A stretch of 64,000 nucleotides of DNA from positions 362,266,001 through 362,330,000 of the forward strand of contig OZ024743.1 of assembly GCA_964016885.1 (NCBI GenBank), written 5' to 3'. The notes under the pieces were generated by a model. That model had not been told where the DNA came from. It did no database searches and saw nothing but the letters and a program-made list of their open reading frames with translations. Made by a program: the position numbers and the translations under genes. The DNA is from Eledone cirrhosa (lineage: Eukaryota). Shown here in pieces: positions 51,397 through 64,000 of this stretch (position 1 is the first letter of the stretch; each line of letters starts with the position of its first letter).

Positions 51397-52118
51397 AGGA
51401 GGTTATAGTTCACTTGAAGCATTGTGTAATGAGGTATAAACGTTAGAATATGTGTAATAAGGCCAAGACAATGCAGATATGGACATAGAAAAAAGAATGC
51501 AATAGTGAAAGATATTGATGTGAATTCGTCTTTCACCTTGAATTTATTTAAATGTCCTTAATTTTCGAGATAATATCTCTTCTTCGGAGGGAAGTAAAGG
51601 TCTCAGACCAGCGTCTTTAAATCTCTAATGAAGCCATGCTGACCGGTCAGCATGGCTTCATTAGAGATGCTCTATATAGTCTTAAAAAGACTATTTCAAG
51701 AAACTTTTCAGTGGGGTTAGTCACGGTTGGCACCGTTCATCAGTAGAGCTCAACATGATAACCAAAATCCACTCCTAAAAATTGCCAGAAAAGGACTTTA
51801 AAAGCAGGCTAGTAGACCTCGTGTGGAATTATGAAAATAAACACACATGGAGAACAAAGCTAATGACGTCAGAATGAGACGAATGTCTGTTTACAAGAAA
51901 CAGCAGTCAAAACATTCCGAAAAAGCTCAACAAAAATGTATGGAGTTCAGCGTATAGCAATATTATCGCGGTTTTTTTTTTTTTTTAAAGACCGGGATTA
52001 GTCACAAATAATTTTAAGCACTCTAGGAAAAATTCCGAGTATAAATATAAATGAAAATAGAGAAATTAATGTGAGCAAGAAGCCAACAGTATTTCATAAT
52101 ATATAAGTGACTATAACG

Positions 52119-52210
<92 letters not shown>

Positions 52211-52729
52211 GTATATACATACAAACACACATATACACACACACTGACATTAGTATCGCCACCTCCAGCAACAACAACAAACAGCCCTACTGCCACCATC
52301 ACTCCTGATATCAGCATAGATATTTCGTTTCCACTAGCAACAGAATTATTGCTCAAACCAATACATCGTGTGACCTGCTAGAAATAGCAGTCTTATCACC
52401 TTCAAATTATACACTGCGACTTTAATAAGGGTTGAACACATTGGATAATATTGTCCTAGATAGGATATGTCTGATTCAAAATAAATGAGATGCCATGACT
52501 GGAACTATTTTAATGATAGTTTTGACCAACAGAGCTGAGTTGAAGCTAGAAATAACAGTAACATCATTTTCATAACTAATAAGTGAACCAAGAAGTCCAT
52601 TTACTCAAATAACGCCCTCCCATATTAAATGATGAAGAATACATCGATCAATGTAGTCCCCTGCCATACAAAAAGAGGACTGGTCCTGTCTCTAATCCTC
52701 TTGATCTATAGAGCATATCTAACGGCTGA

Positions 52730-52733
52730 ACAC

Positions 52734-52767
<34 letters not shown>

Positions 52768-53549
52768 CACCACCACCACTACAACCATTACTACTACTAA
52801 TACTACCACCACCATTGTTGATACTACTAGTACTACTACCACCATTGCTGCTACTACTACTACTAACATCATGTAATAATAAACACATCACCATACCCAC
52901 TACCACCATTACTACTACTACTAGAACTACTAATACTACTACTACTACTACTGCTGCTGCTACTACTACTACTGCTGCTGATACTACTACCACTAAAACT
53001 ACTACTGCTGCTGCTACTACTACTACTACTACTACTAATACTAATACTACTAAGAACATCACCACCTCTACCACCACTGATACTATTGCCAAAACTAGAA
53101 TCACGACTACTACTAGTGTTACTACTGTTTCACCCACCCTCAGCATCACCACTGGAACCAGCAAAAAGAGCCTATACATGGTCACAGGACTTACTGTGAC
53201 CATGTATGAAATATGCCTCTAAGTACACTCCTTAAAAAATTGACACGGAAAATAATGTAACCCTATGTTCCTTATATATAGGGAAAAGTCAGGACAGTCA
53301 CGACTGGAAGTTATTTAGATTACCTTCACCAACACCACTACTATCACTATTAACACAAATAGAAGCAATAACAACGCAAACACAGGTTTCACACTCTCCT
53401 CCATTATTATTACTACTACTACTACTACTATTACTACTACTACAACTACTACCACCACTACTACTACCACCACTACTACTACTTCTATCTACTACTACCA
53501 CTACCACTACTAACATTACTACTAATACTGCTACTACTATTACTACCAC

Positions 53550-53605
<56 letters not shown>

Positions 53606-53675
53606 CCGCTACTACTACAACTACTATTACCACTACCACTGCTACTATCACAAATACTACTACTATCACTACTAC

Positions 53676-53711
<36 letters not shown>

Positions 53712-53732
53712 TATCACAACTACTACTACTAT

Positions 53733-53773
<41 letters not shown>

Positions 53774-53870
53774 ATGCTACTACTACAACCATCACAGCTA
53801 GCATCATCATCAACACCAACAACACTAAGACTATCAACACCGCCATCACCACCAACAATAATAACAATAA
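52730..53870. repeat. (ACT/AGT)n degenerate trinucleotide tracts
   Basis: Visible runs at 52735-53120 and 53405-53790, including an inverted (AGT)n block at 53550-53605. Confidence 0.85.
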
Positions 53871-53872
53871 CG

Positions 53873-54053
53873 GTTTCTACTTTTGGCACCAGGCCAGCAA
53901 TTATCCCAGTGCGTTACTGGTACTTTATTTTATCGACCCCGTAAGGATGAAAGGCAAAGTCAACCTCGGCGGGATTTGAACTCAGATCGTAAAGGGACGT
54001 AACTATGCTGGAAAGCATGGCGTCCGACCCTCTACCGATACTGCCAATCCACC
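53873..54053 (-). mobile_element. tRNA-derived SINE, full length
   Basis: Near-identical reverse complement of 34715-34895. Confidence 0.85.
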
Positions 54054-54182
54054 AACAATAACAACAGCAACACAGCTACCAAATCCTCCTCTACCAACAA
54101 CAGCAAAAGTAACATCAACACACCTAATACCTCCTCTAATATCACCACTTCCATCTCAGCAGCCATCACCATCATCAACACC

Positions 54183-54216
<34 letters not shown>

Positions 54217-54455
54217 GCAATAACAACAACAATAACAACAACAACATCTATAACACCAAAACGGAAAACACAAACAACATAAACAACACCAACAGCAATA
54301 AAAACACAAAGAATAACAAGAACAACACCAAGCAATAACACCAACAACACCACCACCACGACCACCGCCACCGTACCACCACTACCATCAGTACCATTAG
54401 AATCACCACCAACAACAAAGTCATATCACCACTACCTTAACCGCCATCATTATCA

Positions 54456-54510
54456 ACCAGTAATACACTGGATTAATTGCTGGCCTTGTGCCTAAAGTAG
54501 AAACAATTAT
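54456..54510 (+). mobile_element. SINE 3' fragment
   Basis: ACCAGTAATACACTGGATTAATTGCTGGCCTTGTGCCTAAAGTAGAAACAATTAT. Confidence 0.75.
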
Positions 54511-57406
54511 CATTACCAGCATCACCACCGCCACCAGCACCATTACCACAACCACCGCCACCAGCACCATTACCACAACCACCAGCACCAGCACCATTAC
54601 CACAACCACCGCCACCAGCACCATTACCACAACCACCACCATCACCATCACCACCATCACCACCATCACCACAGCCACCACGACCACCCTCAATACCATC
54701 ATCACCATCATTATCATCACCAATATCACAACCGCCACTACAACCATTAACATTACCGCCGCCACCACCGCCATCATTACCTTCACCGCCATCACCACCA
54801 CCACCACAATCATTACCATCACCAGCATCACAACCGCCACTACAACCATTACAGCCACCACCGCCATCATTAGCACTACTAGCATCACCACCGCCAGCAA
54901 CACCATTACCACCACAACCACCATCACCACCATCACAGCCACCACCACAGGCACCACGACCACCCTCACTGCCATCACCAGCATCACAACCGCCACTATC
55001 ACCATTAATATTACCACCGCCATCATTACCCTTACTAGCATCACCATCGCAGCCTCAACCACCACCACCACTATCCTTACAATTATCTCCATCACCACCA
55101 CAACCACCACCATAACTATCACTATCACCACCATCACTACCACCACCACCACCATCACCAACACAACCACCACCATCGCCACCATCACCACCACAACCAC
55201 CACCATCACCACTGCAACCACAACAATTACCATCACAACCACCATCACAACCAGCACCATCACCACCACAACCAACAAAAACCACCACCATCAGCACCAT
55301 AACCACCACCACCATCAGCACCATAACCACCACTACCATCACCACCATCACCACAATCACCACCACAGCCACCAGCACCACCACCACCAGTACCACCACC
55401 CTCACCACGACCACAACCATCACCAGTACCACCACCATCACCACCACAACCACCACCACCACCACAATCACCAACATGATCACCATCACCACCACCACCA
55501 CCATCACCACAATCACCACCACCACCCTCGCCATTACCACCACCATCACCACCATCACCACCATCACCACCATCACCACCATCACCACCATCACCACCAC
55601 CCCCATCACCACTATCACAACCACCACCACCATCACCACCACTACCACAACTAACACCATTAGCACCATCCCAAACACCACCACCACCATCACCACCACA
55701 ACCACCACCATCACCACTACCATAAACACCACCAGAACCATCACCATCACCACCACCATAAACAACACCACAACCATCACCATCACCACCACCATAACAA
55801 CCACCACCACTAACACCACCATCATCCCCACCACCACCACCATCACCGCCACCACCACAACCAACACCATCACCACCAGCACCACTACCATCACCATCAT
55901 AGCCAGCACCACCACCAACACCATCCCCAGCAAAAACCACCACCACCATCACCACTATCACCACCACAAACACCACCATCACCACTATCACCACCACAAC
56001 CAGCAGCATCACCACCACCACCACAACCACCACAAACACCACCATCACCACCACCACAACCACCACCATCACCACCACCACAACCACCACCATCACCACC
56101 ACTACAACCACCACCACCACCACCATCAACACCACCACCACTACAACCACCACCACCATCACCACCACCACCTCCATCACCACCACCACCTACACCATCA
56201 CCACCGCCATCGTCACCACTATCACCAGCACAACCATCACCATCACCACAACCACAAATACCACCACCACCACTATCACCACAACTACCACCACCACCAT
56301 CACCACCACCACAAACACCACCACAACCACCACCACCACCATCACCAGCATCACCGCCACCACCATCATCACCAACACCACCATCACCATCACCACCACT
56401 ACAAACACCACATCCACCACCATCACCACCACACCACCACAACCACCACCATAACCACCACCATCCTTACAATAACCATCACCACCACCACCGCCACCGC
56501 CACCACCACCACCACCACAACCACCACCATCACCATTATCACCACCACCGCCATCACCGCCGCCACCACAACCGACACCATCAGCACCACCATAACCACC
56601 ATAACCACCAACGCCAGAACCACCACCATCACCACCACAACCACCACCACCATCACCACTATCACCGCCACAACCAAAACCATCACCACCACCACAAACA
56701 CCACCACCACCACCAGAACCACTACCACCTCAAACACCACCACAAACACCAACACCATCATCACCACCACCACCACCATCACCACCACAACCAACAACAT
56801 TCACCACCAACACCACCACCATCACCAGACCACCAGCTTCACCACCACCACCACCATCACCACTATCACCACCACAACCAACACCATCACCACCACCATC
56901 CTCACAATCACCACCACCATCACCACTATCACCAGCACAACCACCACCATCACCACCACCACAAACACCACCACCACAACCACAACCACCACCATCACCA
57001 CCACCACAAACACCACCACCACAACCACAACCACCACCATCACCACCACCACAAACACCACCACAACCACCACCATCACCACCACCACAACCACGACCAC
57101 CACCATCACCACCACCACCACCACTACCACCATCACCACCACCACCACAACCACCACCATCACCACCACTACAACCACGACCACCACCATCACCACCACC
57201 ACCACCACCACCACTACCACCATCACCACCACCACCACAACCACCACCATCACCACCACTACAACCACGACCACCACCATCACCACGATCACCATCACCA
57301 CCACCACCTCCACCATCACCACTATCACCACCACAACCAGCACAATCACCACCACTACTACCACCACTACCACCACCACCACTACCACCAACACCACCAT
57401 CACAAC
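54511..57406. repeat. ~2.9 kb degenerate (ACC/ATC/ACA)n array
   Basis: Continuous CAC-based triplets with local higher-order duplications, e.g. 56940-57290. Confidence 0.95.
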
Positions 57407-57571
57407 AGGGAATAACTGACTTAATTTCCTGTCCACATTCGCCACCCACCATTCAGAGAAAAAATTATGATCTGTGGAGTTTTTAATGAAACTACAGGAT
57501 CGGTTGTTTGTTCTCCTGTAGAGTTCCTTTCAATATAATTATCGTTTTTATCATTGTTTAATTATTGTTAA

Positions 57572-58999
57572 TGTATGTCACAATATGTAAAATTATTGTT
57601 ATTCTTATAGAATATAGCACTCTATATTGTTTTCATACAATAGTGTTATTGTTATTGTATGTCACAATATGTAAAATTATTGTTATTCTTATAGAATATA
57701 GCACTCTATATTGTTTTCATACTATAGTGTTATTGTTATTGTATGTCACAATGTGTAAAATCATTGTTATTCTTATAGAATATAGCACTGTATATTGTTT
57801 TCATACTATAGTGTTATTGTTATTGTATGTCACAATATGTAAAATTATTGTTATTCTTATAGAATATAGTACTCTATATTGTTTTCATACTATAGTGTTA
57901 TTGTTATTGTATGTCACAATGTGTAAAATTATTGTTATTCTTATAGAATATAGCACTGTATATTGTTTTCATACTATAGTATTATTGTTATTGTATGTGA
58001 CAATATGTAAAACAATTGTTATTCTTATAGAATATAGCACTGTATATTGTTTTCATACTATAGTGTTATTGTTATTGTATGTCACAATATGTAAAACAAT
58101 TGTTATTCTTATTGAATATAGCACTGTATATTGTTTTCATACTATAGTGTTATTGTTATTGTATGTCACAATGTGTAAAATTATTGTTATTCTTATAGAA
58201 TATAGCACTCTATATTGTTTTCATACAATAGTGTTATTGTTATTGTATGTCACAATATGTAAAATTATTGTTATTCTTATAGAATATAGCACTGTATATT
58301 GTTTTCATACTATAGTGTTATTGTTATTGTATGTCACAATATGTAAAATTATTGTTATTCTTATAGAATATAGCACTCTATATTGTTTTCATACTATAGT
58401 GTTATTGTTATTGTATGTGACAATATGTAAAATTATTGTTATTCTTATAGAATATAGCACTGTATATTGTTTTCATACTATAGTATTATTGTTATTGTAT
58501 GTCACAATATGTAAAATTATTGTTATTCTTATAGAATATAGCACTGTATATTGTTTTCATACTATAGTGTTATTGTTATTGTATGTGACAATATGTAAAA
58601 TTATTGTTATTCTTATAGAATATAGCACTCTATATTGTTTTCATACTATAGTGTTATTGTTATTGTATGTGACAATATGTAAAATTATTGTTATTCTTAT
58701 AGAATATAGCACTCTATATTGTTTTCATACTATAGTGTTATTGTTATTGTATGTCACAATATGTAAAATTATTGTTATTCTTATAGAATATAGCACTCTA
58801 TATTGTTTTCATACTATAGTGTTATTGTTATTGTATGTGACAATATGTAAAATTATTGTTATTCTTATAGAATATAGCACTCTATATTGTTTTCATACTA
58901 TAGTGTTATTGTTATTGTATGTGACAATATGTAAAATTATTGTTATTCTTATAGAATATAGCACTCTATATTGTTTTCATACTATAGTGTTATTGTTAT
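57572..58999. repeat. 84-bp minisatellite, ~17 copies
   Basis: Unit GTATGTCACAATATGTAAAATTATTGTTATTCTTATAGAATATAGCACTCTATATTGTTTTCATACTATAGTGTTATTGTTATT; 28-aa periodicity in the ORF track. Confidence 0.95.
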
Positions 59000-59039
59000 T
59001 GATATTGTACATTTCACTGTATAATATTATTGTTATATT

Positions 59040-60860
59040 ACGTATGTCTCAATCTATATTATTGTTATTGTTATTGTATGTGTAACTCTATAGTGTTGTT
59101 GTTGTTCTTATTGTATGTCTCACTGTTTATTGTAGTTGTTGTTGTTGTATGTCTCACTGTATATTGTTGTTCTTGTTATTGTATGTCTCACTGTATATTG
59201 TTGTTGTTGTTGTTATTGTATGTCTTACTGTATATTGTTGTTGTTGTTGTATGTCTTACTCTATATTGTTGTTGTTGTTGTATGTCTCACTGTATATTGT
59301 TGTTGTTGTTATTGTATGTCTCACTGTATGTTGTTGTTGTTATTGTATGTCTCACTGTTTATTGTAGTTGTTGTTGTTGTATGTCTCACTGTATATTGTT
59401 GTTGTTGTTATTGTATGTCTCACTGTATACTGTTGTTTTTGTTATTGTATGTCTCACTGTATATTGTTGTTGTTGTTGTACGTCTTACTGTATATTGTTG
59501 TTGTTGTATGTCTCACAGTATATTGTTGTTGTTGTTGTTGTTGTTATTGTATGTCTCACTCTATATTGTTGTTGTTGTTATTGCATGTCTCACTGTACAT
59601 TGTTGTTGTTGTATGTCTCACTGTATGTTGTTGTTGTTGTATGTCTCACTCTATATTGTTGTTGTTGTTGTTGTTGTTGTATGTCTCACTATATATTGTT
59701 GTTGTTGTTATTGTATGTCTCACTGTATATTGTTGTTGTTGTTGTATGTCTCACTGTATATTGTTGTTGTTGTTATTGTATGTCTCACTCTATATTGTTG
59801 TTGTTGTTGTTGTATGTCTCACTGTATATTGTTGTTGTTGTTGTTGTATGTCTCACTGTATATTGCTGTTGTTGTTGTTATATGTCTCACCCTATATTGT
59901 TGTTGTTGTTGTTGTTGTTGTATGTCTCACTCTATATTGTTGTTGTTGTTGTTGTATGTCTTACTCTATATTGTTGTTGTTGTTGTATGTCTCACTCTAT
60001 ATTGTTGTTGTTGTTGTATGTCTCACTCTATATTGCTGTTGTTGTTGTTGTATGTCTCACTCTATATTGTTGTTGTTGTTGTTGTATGTCTCACTCTATA
60101 TTGTTGTTGTTGTTGTTGTATGTCTCACTCTATATTGTTGTTGTTGTTATTGCATGTCTCACTGTACATTGTTGTTGTTGTATGTCTCACTGTATGTTGT
60201 TGTTGTTGTTGTATGTCTCACTGTATATTGCTGTTGTTGTTGTTGCTGTTGTATGTCTCACTGTATATTGTTGTTGTTGTTGTTGTATGTCTCACTCTAT
60301 ATTGCTGTTGTTGTTGTTGTATGTCTCACTGTATATTGTTGTTGTTGTATGTCTCACTCTATATTGCTGTTGTTGTTGTTGTATGTCTCACTGTATATTG
60401 TTGTTGTTGTTGTTGTTGTTGCTGTTGTTGTTGTTGTATGTCTCACTGTATATTGTTGTTGTTGTTGTTGTATGTCTCACTCTATATTGTTGTTGTTATT
60501 GTTGTATGTCTCACTCTATATTGTTGTTGTTGTTGTTGTATGTCTCACTCTATATTGTTGTTGTTATTGTTGTATGTCTCACTCTGTATATTGTTGTTGT
60601 TTTTTTTGTTGTTGTATGTCTCACTCTATATTGTTGTTGTTGTTGCATGTCTCACTGTACATTGTTGTTGTGTCTCACTGTATATTGTTTTTGTTGTTGT
60701 TGTTGTATGTCTCACTCTATATTGTTGTTGTTGTTGTTGTTGTTGTATGTCTCACTGTATATTGTTGTTGTTGTTTTTATTGTTGTATGTCTCATTGTTT
60801 ATTGTTGTTGTTGTTGTATGTGTCACTGTATGTTGTTGTTGTTATATGTCTAACTGTATA
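59040..60860. repeat. Satellite with constant core TATGTCTCACT(G/C)TATA and variable (TTG)n spacers
   Basis: Dozens of cores separated by about 3-14 TTG units. Confidence 0.95.
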
Positions 60861-61339
60861 AATGGAAGCCAAATCATCCGACCTCCACAAGGATCCAGGA
60901 GTTAAGTAAACCTTTCCTCTCTTGTTTAACCAGCCAACATTGCCGTTATAAGCATCTGCTCGGTGGTCAAAATAAATGACTACCTTCGAAACCGTTTCAG
61001 ATCAGGCGATCGGTCTGTCAAGGGTGCCAACTCTCCTCCGTTCTCTACGTATTAACTCTCGCATGTATGTGTGCATGTGTGTATGTGTGTGTATGTGTAT
61101 GTATATATATATTATACTATACACACATACACACATACACACACATACACACACACATACACACAAATATATATATATATATATATATAGGAACCAGTAA
61201 GACCCCGACAGCTGAGCTCAAGCCGTTTCGACGGCTAATTCTGGACTAAATGAAAATTTATCCTGGTATTTAAATAGCCGATCTTCTCAAGGGGTAATTC
61301 CATATATGGTCAAAGTGATTGTCAAAAATCAGTAGTCAT

Positions 61340-62451
61340 TCTGTGGTTGCAAATTAGTAGGGGAGATGGTGGCTAAACCTGCCAGTAGGAGAAAGAGGGG
61401 AGGGGGTGGAGTAGACCCAATCAAGCGTTGGTAGTGCCAGCTACAGCTGGGCATGAGGTCAAAGAAGATACAGGGGAGGGGGAGGGGGAGGAAGTCGGAA
61501 CGGTAGGTAGAACAATGGGGGGTAGAAATATATAGGAAAGAAAAAATACCGAGAGTGAAGAAAAGCAAATAAGTGTAAAGAAAAAAGTAAAGTAAATTAA
61601 ATTCTACGACCTAGGTCTCTAGCGATTGTTAGTCTAGAATAAATAAATAAATAAAGAAAGAAAGAAGTAAAGAAAGAAATAAAGAAATAACGAAATAAGT
61701 AAAAGAACTAGGTGGGACGGAATAGGCAAGGACCCTTTTAAGAGGTATAAGTACGTAAATGATACGGTGACGGGTCAACAAAAGGGGCCAAAATACTAAA
61801 GAGACTACCACGAAATAAACAATAAAGGTTTCCATCCCGGGCACAATGCCAGCAACCACCCAGTGCAGCAAAGTGAACTAGTACGAGATAATAATTCTGA
61901 GTCCCGAGAAAAATATATACTAATGCTAACTCTAGAAGATCTAAAACAAGCTACATGAAAGTTCGTACGAAGTAAAGGTGGAATACGGAAAAATAAATTC
62001 AGAATCCACCCCGCCCAAAAGAAAAGCGAAGAAAGAAATACTGAAACGAAAAAATAAGGCATAAGTGCCACTAAGAAATATAGAGGGCACAGAGAATAGT
62101 GGGAGCGGTCGGAAAAAGGGGACAAGTATCCGGGGTCTAAACCAACTGCTATAAAGGGCGGAGTCCGCCAAATCTATCATAGACTAGGGGAGGGGTGGGG
62201 GTACTTTTTTCTTTACACTTATTTGCTTTTCTTCACTCTCAGTATTTTTTCTTTCCTATATATTTCTACCCCCCATTGTTCTACCTACAATTCCGACTTC
62301 CTCCCCCTCCCCCTCCCCTGTATCTTCTTTGACCTCATGCCCAGCTGTAGCTGGCACTACCAACGCTTGATTGGGTCTACTCCACCCCCTCCCCTCTTTC
62401 TCCTACTGGCAGGTTTAGCCACCATCTCCCCTACTAATTTGCAACCACAGA
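61340..62451. repeat. 250-bp near-perfect inverted repeat with ~612-bp spacer
   Basis: Arms 61340-61589 and 62202-62451 give near-identical peptides on opposite strands (ORFs 61329-61568 and 62223-62486). Confidence 0.9.
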
Positions 62452-62462
62452 GCAGTATTTAT

Positions 62463-63323
62463 ATGCATGGGGTTGCAGAACAATAATATGAGAGACGTAA
62501 AATAAGAAAATTATAAAATTAACTTTCTTACTAAAATTTCACTCCCAACTAATTAGTTTCTGAAAGGGAATAAACATACTTTCCGAAGAAGTGTACAGAG
62601 AAGCTTTTCGTCATCAGGAAGTCTATTCTCAGCTAAGTTTCCAGGCAATACGTGGACACAGGGAACTTATACAAAAATAATTCAGTGGATGGAAAAAGCA
62701 AAGCGTGGACTAAATTCCAAGTCATTGAGAACATCACTGTGGGAGTGAAATTTTAGTAAGTAAGTTAATTTTATAATTGTCTTATTTTACGTCTCTCATA
62801 TTATTGTTCTGCAACCCCATGCATTGAACCACAAAGTTACTAAGACAAAACCTATATATTTGCTAGCATAAGTATGCATCTGTGTATATATGTTATATAT
62901 ATGTTACTAGATATACTAATTCTTTATAATTATCTCCAAATTATTTGTCGAGCAAAAATTGGCCAAAACTGCTGCTATAGTAACAGTCCGGCTGCTGTCT
63001 TCTTAACAAACCACTCTCCACTGATTGATCTCGATGTCACGTGATTAATTCTTTTGAATTTGCCACCGACGCAGTAGGCAGTGATTTTCTCAATGGCTTG
63101 GAATTTAGTCCACGCTTTGCTTTTTCCATCCACTGAATTATTTTTGTATAAGTTCCCTGTGTCCACGTATTGCCTGGAAACTTAGCTGAGAATAGACTTC
63201 CCTGATGACGAAAGGCTTCTCTGTACACTTCTTCGGAAAGTATGTTTATTCCCTTTCAGAAACTAATTAGTTGGGAGTGAAATTTTAGTAAGTAAGTTAA
63301 TGTTATAATTTTCTTATTTTACG

Positions 63324-63333
<10 letters not shown>
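62463..63333. repeat. Nested inverted duplications
   Basis: 62463-62547 is inverted at 62740-62824, and 62486-62739 is inverted at 63079-63333. Confidence 0.85.
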
Positions 63334-63398
<65 letters not shown>

Positions 63399-64000
63399 TG
63401 TGTGTGTATGCATGTATATACTTTGTTTTTTGTACTTATTTTTGCAAGAATCTTGATGCGAAATCTTGTATTAAATTAGATATTGATATGCCTTGGAAGC
63501 GACATGCCAACAAAAACATTCGTGCCAGTAGAGTGTCACTTCAGTTTATTATTAGTTAAGTGATTACTCCATTCATCGGTTAGCTCATTGACCGGGTGGT
63601 TGTTTATTTTTAATCGTAAAGGCTCTTTCGCCATCATCTTGTAACTTTCTCAATAACTATTCTTGCTCATCTTTGTCGCTTCTTCGTTCTGGCTCAATCT
63701 ACTCCATCAAAAAGACGAAGTAGGGTAGATACAGCAATATAAATAGAAAGAAGAGACACGGACATGATACAAAGGAGCAGGAATCGTGATTGACATGGTC
63801 ACAGGATGACGAAAGAGGTTTCAAAATTAAGAACTAAACAACCACTAGCTTAACGTACTAACCGATGACTGGATTAGTTACTCAACGAATGTTAATTGCG
63901 AAGAGGAACTAAACTGGTGTGTGCGTTTTTAATAGCAGCACAAACCTCCCAAATTATAACACTATATATATATATACATGTGTGTGTGTGTGTGGTTGAT

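Noticed and set aside
54421-57452. Long Thr/His/Val/Gly-rich ORFs (up to 647 aa) resembling mucin or His-rich proteins
   Set aside because: Open in most frames on both strands because the ACC repeat lacks stop codons; the frame drifts and there is no unique domain or splice context.
59040-60860. CRISPR-like constant repeat with variable spacers
   Set aside because: Spacers are only (TTG)n length variants; eukaryotic context and no cas genes.
57565-60905. 500-600 aa hydrophobic or Cys-rich ORFs
   Set aside because: By-products of the 84-bp and TTG satellites.
62975-63166. Possible BED-finger/hAT transposase fragment (SKAWTKF)
   Set aside because: Too short, and the required Cys/His pattern is missing.
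63195-63220. CTGATGA-C-GAAA hammerhead-like core (also inverted at ~62605)
   Set aside because: No stem II and no convincing stem I or III.

Overview
Repeat-dominated eukaryotic DNA with no recognisable host gene. The SINE types and dense AT/GATA/GTT/ACC microsatellites suggest a coleoid cephalopod such as Octopus (inference). The window holds two minus-strand head-to-tail chains of Tx1-like (L1 superfamily) LINEs: four copies at 1-15798 joined by (TATC)n tails, and three copies at 35556-44681 joined by (ATT)n tails that continue into two tRNA-derived SINEs. It also holds a chain of 5'-truncated R4/Dong-like RLE fragments, RTE, CRE-like and Penelope-like remnants with minimal hammerhead motifs, a TA-flanked MITE, perfect palindromes, long inverted repeats, a 2.9 kb ACC array and an 84-bp minisatellite. 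The most notable observations are: (1) the SINE 3' end closely resembles the Tx1 3' end, and both occur in mixed tail-to-head chains; (2) a 5' splice-donor consensus overlaps the ORF1 stop at all five Tx1 ORF1/ORF2 junctions; (3) a two-hairpin structure is conserved in the Tx1 5' UTR. All alignments were read by eye, so identities are estimates.
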